Shown here: piece after piece, positions 47,265 to 47,942 of the stretch
How the letters are laid out: every line of letters starts with the position of its first letter
How positions within the stretch are numbered: the stretch's first letter is position 1
NCBI GenBank assembly: GCA_046294875.1
Contig: JBKBNZ010000001.1
Coordinates: 1-47,942 of the forward strand
Origin: Aquificaceae bacterium
GTDB taxonomy: Bacteria; Aquificota; Aquificia; Aquificales; Aquificaceae
DNA: 47,942 bases
Direction of reading: 5' to 3'
The notes under the pieces: generated by a model
What the model was told of the DNA's origin: nothing
What the model saw: the letters and a program-made list of their open reading frames with translations, nothing else
The model's database searches: none
Translations under genes and position numbers: made by a program

Positions 47265-47511
47265 GGTTGTGGGTGGTCTTTGGTAGGGGTTTATAAAAAG
47301 GCTGATGGGGTTTTTGGGTTTTTTCTACACAAAGGTAAAAAAAGGAGATTTTGAGAGAGATTTTGGCAGAGGGTTTGTCTATTTGGCTATGCTGTAATAT
47401 ACATAAGGAGCAGTCTATGTGTAGCTGGAGGTCTTCGTGATGGTGCTCTGCATGGGCAAAATCCACAAACAGGAGCAGAAGGCCTACCAGCAGGTGAAAA
47501 AGCCGCCTCAT
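47245..47511 (-). CDS. DUF2946/CruR-like exported leader peptide with His/CxxC sensor and C-terminal RAPP arrest motif
   Basis: Signal peptide ending AHA, EHHHEDLQLHIDCSLC, Pro/Lys-rich linker, terminal HNRAPPVA, first ORF of a metal-uptake operon. Confidence 0.85.
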   Translation of the reverse strand: MRRLFHLLVGLLLLFVDFAHAEHHHEDLQLHIDCSLCILQHSQIDKPSAKISLKISFFYLCVEKTQKPHQPFYKPLPKTTHNRAPPVA

Positions 47512-47528
47512 TATGAGATCTAATTTTA

Positions 47529-47732
47529 TTATTTTTTCGGATTTAAATCAAGCTTTCCTTTTAAAATCCCCATGCCACCAAAGAGAATACCAAAGCCCAA
47601 AAGCATAAGAGTTTGTGGCTCTTCAATCCTTATGATCCTATACCTGTCTTCTTGTGTAAAGGGTACTTCTTTGGATGTTGATATACCATAGAAGCTTAGC
47701 AGTGCTATTACTAACAAAAACAGCTTTCTATT
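47529..47732 (-). pseudogene. remnant of a signal peptide + coiled-coil + TM gene family (KEVPFTQEDR...LMLxGFGILFGGMGIL)
   Basis: Signal-like RKLFLLVIALL with no start codon (AAT AGA in place of ATG AGA). Very short spacer before the TM segment and an abrupt end. Confidence 0.5.
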
Positions 47733-47942
47733 GGGAGGTTCTTGAACCACCCTACAAGAACAATATGCGACCGGTGCTTTATGACCTAACCTGTGAGAAT
47801 AGCCCAACGATTGTCCCGTTAAAAAAAACATTGGACGAAATTTAACCATGTAGTTGTAAAAGCAATCCGTGAATTGTCCAGAAAATCATTAGGTGATCCT
47901 TGAAACCTCTACAAGGGGGTTTTTCACTCGGCGTATGAAGTT

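Noticed and set aside
43673-47511. Selenocysteine recoding in the SaoD-like operon
   Set aside because: The Cys-motif proteins are open without in-frame UGA and end in TAG/TAA, and no read-through extension was evident
47507-47517. CTCAT-T-ATGAG palindrome over the leader start as a Fur/Zur box
   Set aside because: Only 5-bp arms and no match to Fur/Zur-type consensus, so it could be chance
1-47942. CRISPR array, rRNA, transposase or prophage genes
   Set aside because: No regularly spaced repeats or such coding signatures were found. Nearly all sequence is accounted for by identified genes

Overview
This 48-kb window is densely coding bacterial chromosome. It is most likely from an Aquificales thermophile (Hydrogenobacter/Thermocrinis-like), judged from the Aquifex-type CC-adding enzyme, stand-alone glutamate synthase large subunit, AGG/ATA-rich codons and short shuffled operons. 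Most of it is housekeeping: panD, pstSCAB, tsaB, gltB, ubiD-family decarboxylase, fabZ, yceD-rpmF-plsX-fabH, bioF, pyrC, tyrA, secG-prmC, radC-comF, tRNA-Asn-minCDE, ftsW, hfq-hflX-purA. Accessory elements are a type II restriction-modification pair whose methylase carries a degenerate nuclease-like C-terminal domain, an orphan STT3/PglB-type oligosaccharyltransferase, and a short dispersed intergenic repeat. The strongest signal is the minus-strand metal-uptake operon at 43.7-47.5 kb. It is led by a small exported His/CxxC peptide ending in the ribosome-arrest motif RAPP. The RAPP codons themselves form the 5' arm of both an intrinsic-terminator-like hairpin and a 15-bp helix that hides the next gene's Shine-Dalgarno, which suggests a metal-sensing arrest-peptide attenuator. 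Downstream lie a DsrE/SaoD-like protein, a His-rich outer-membrane channel, a Cys-rich microprotein, and a binding protein plus permease with no ATPase. No CRISPR array, rRNA or intact transposase was seen. All calls come from reading the sequence; no database searches were run.
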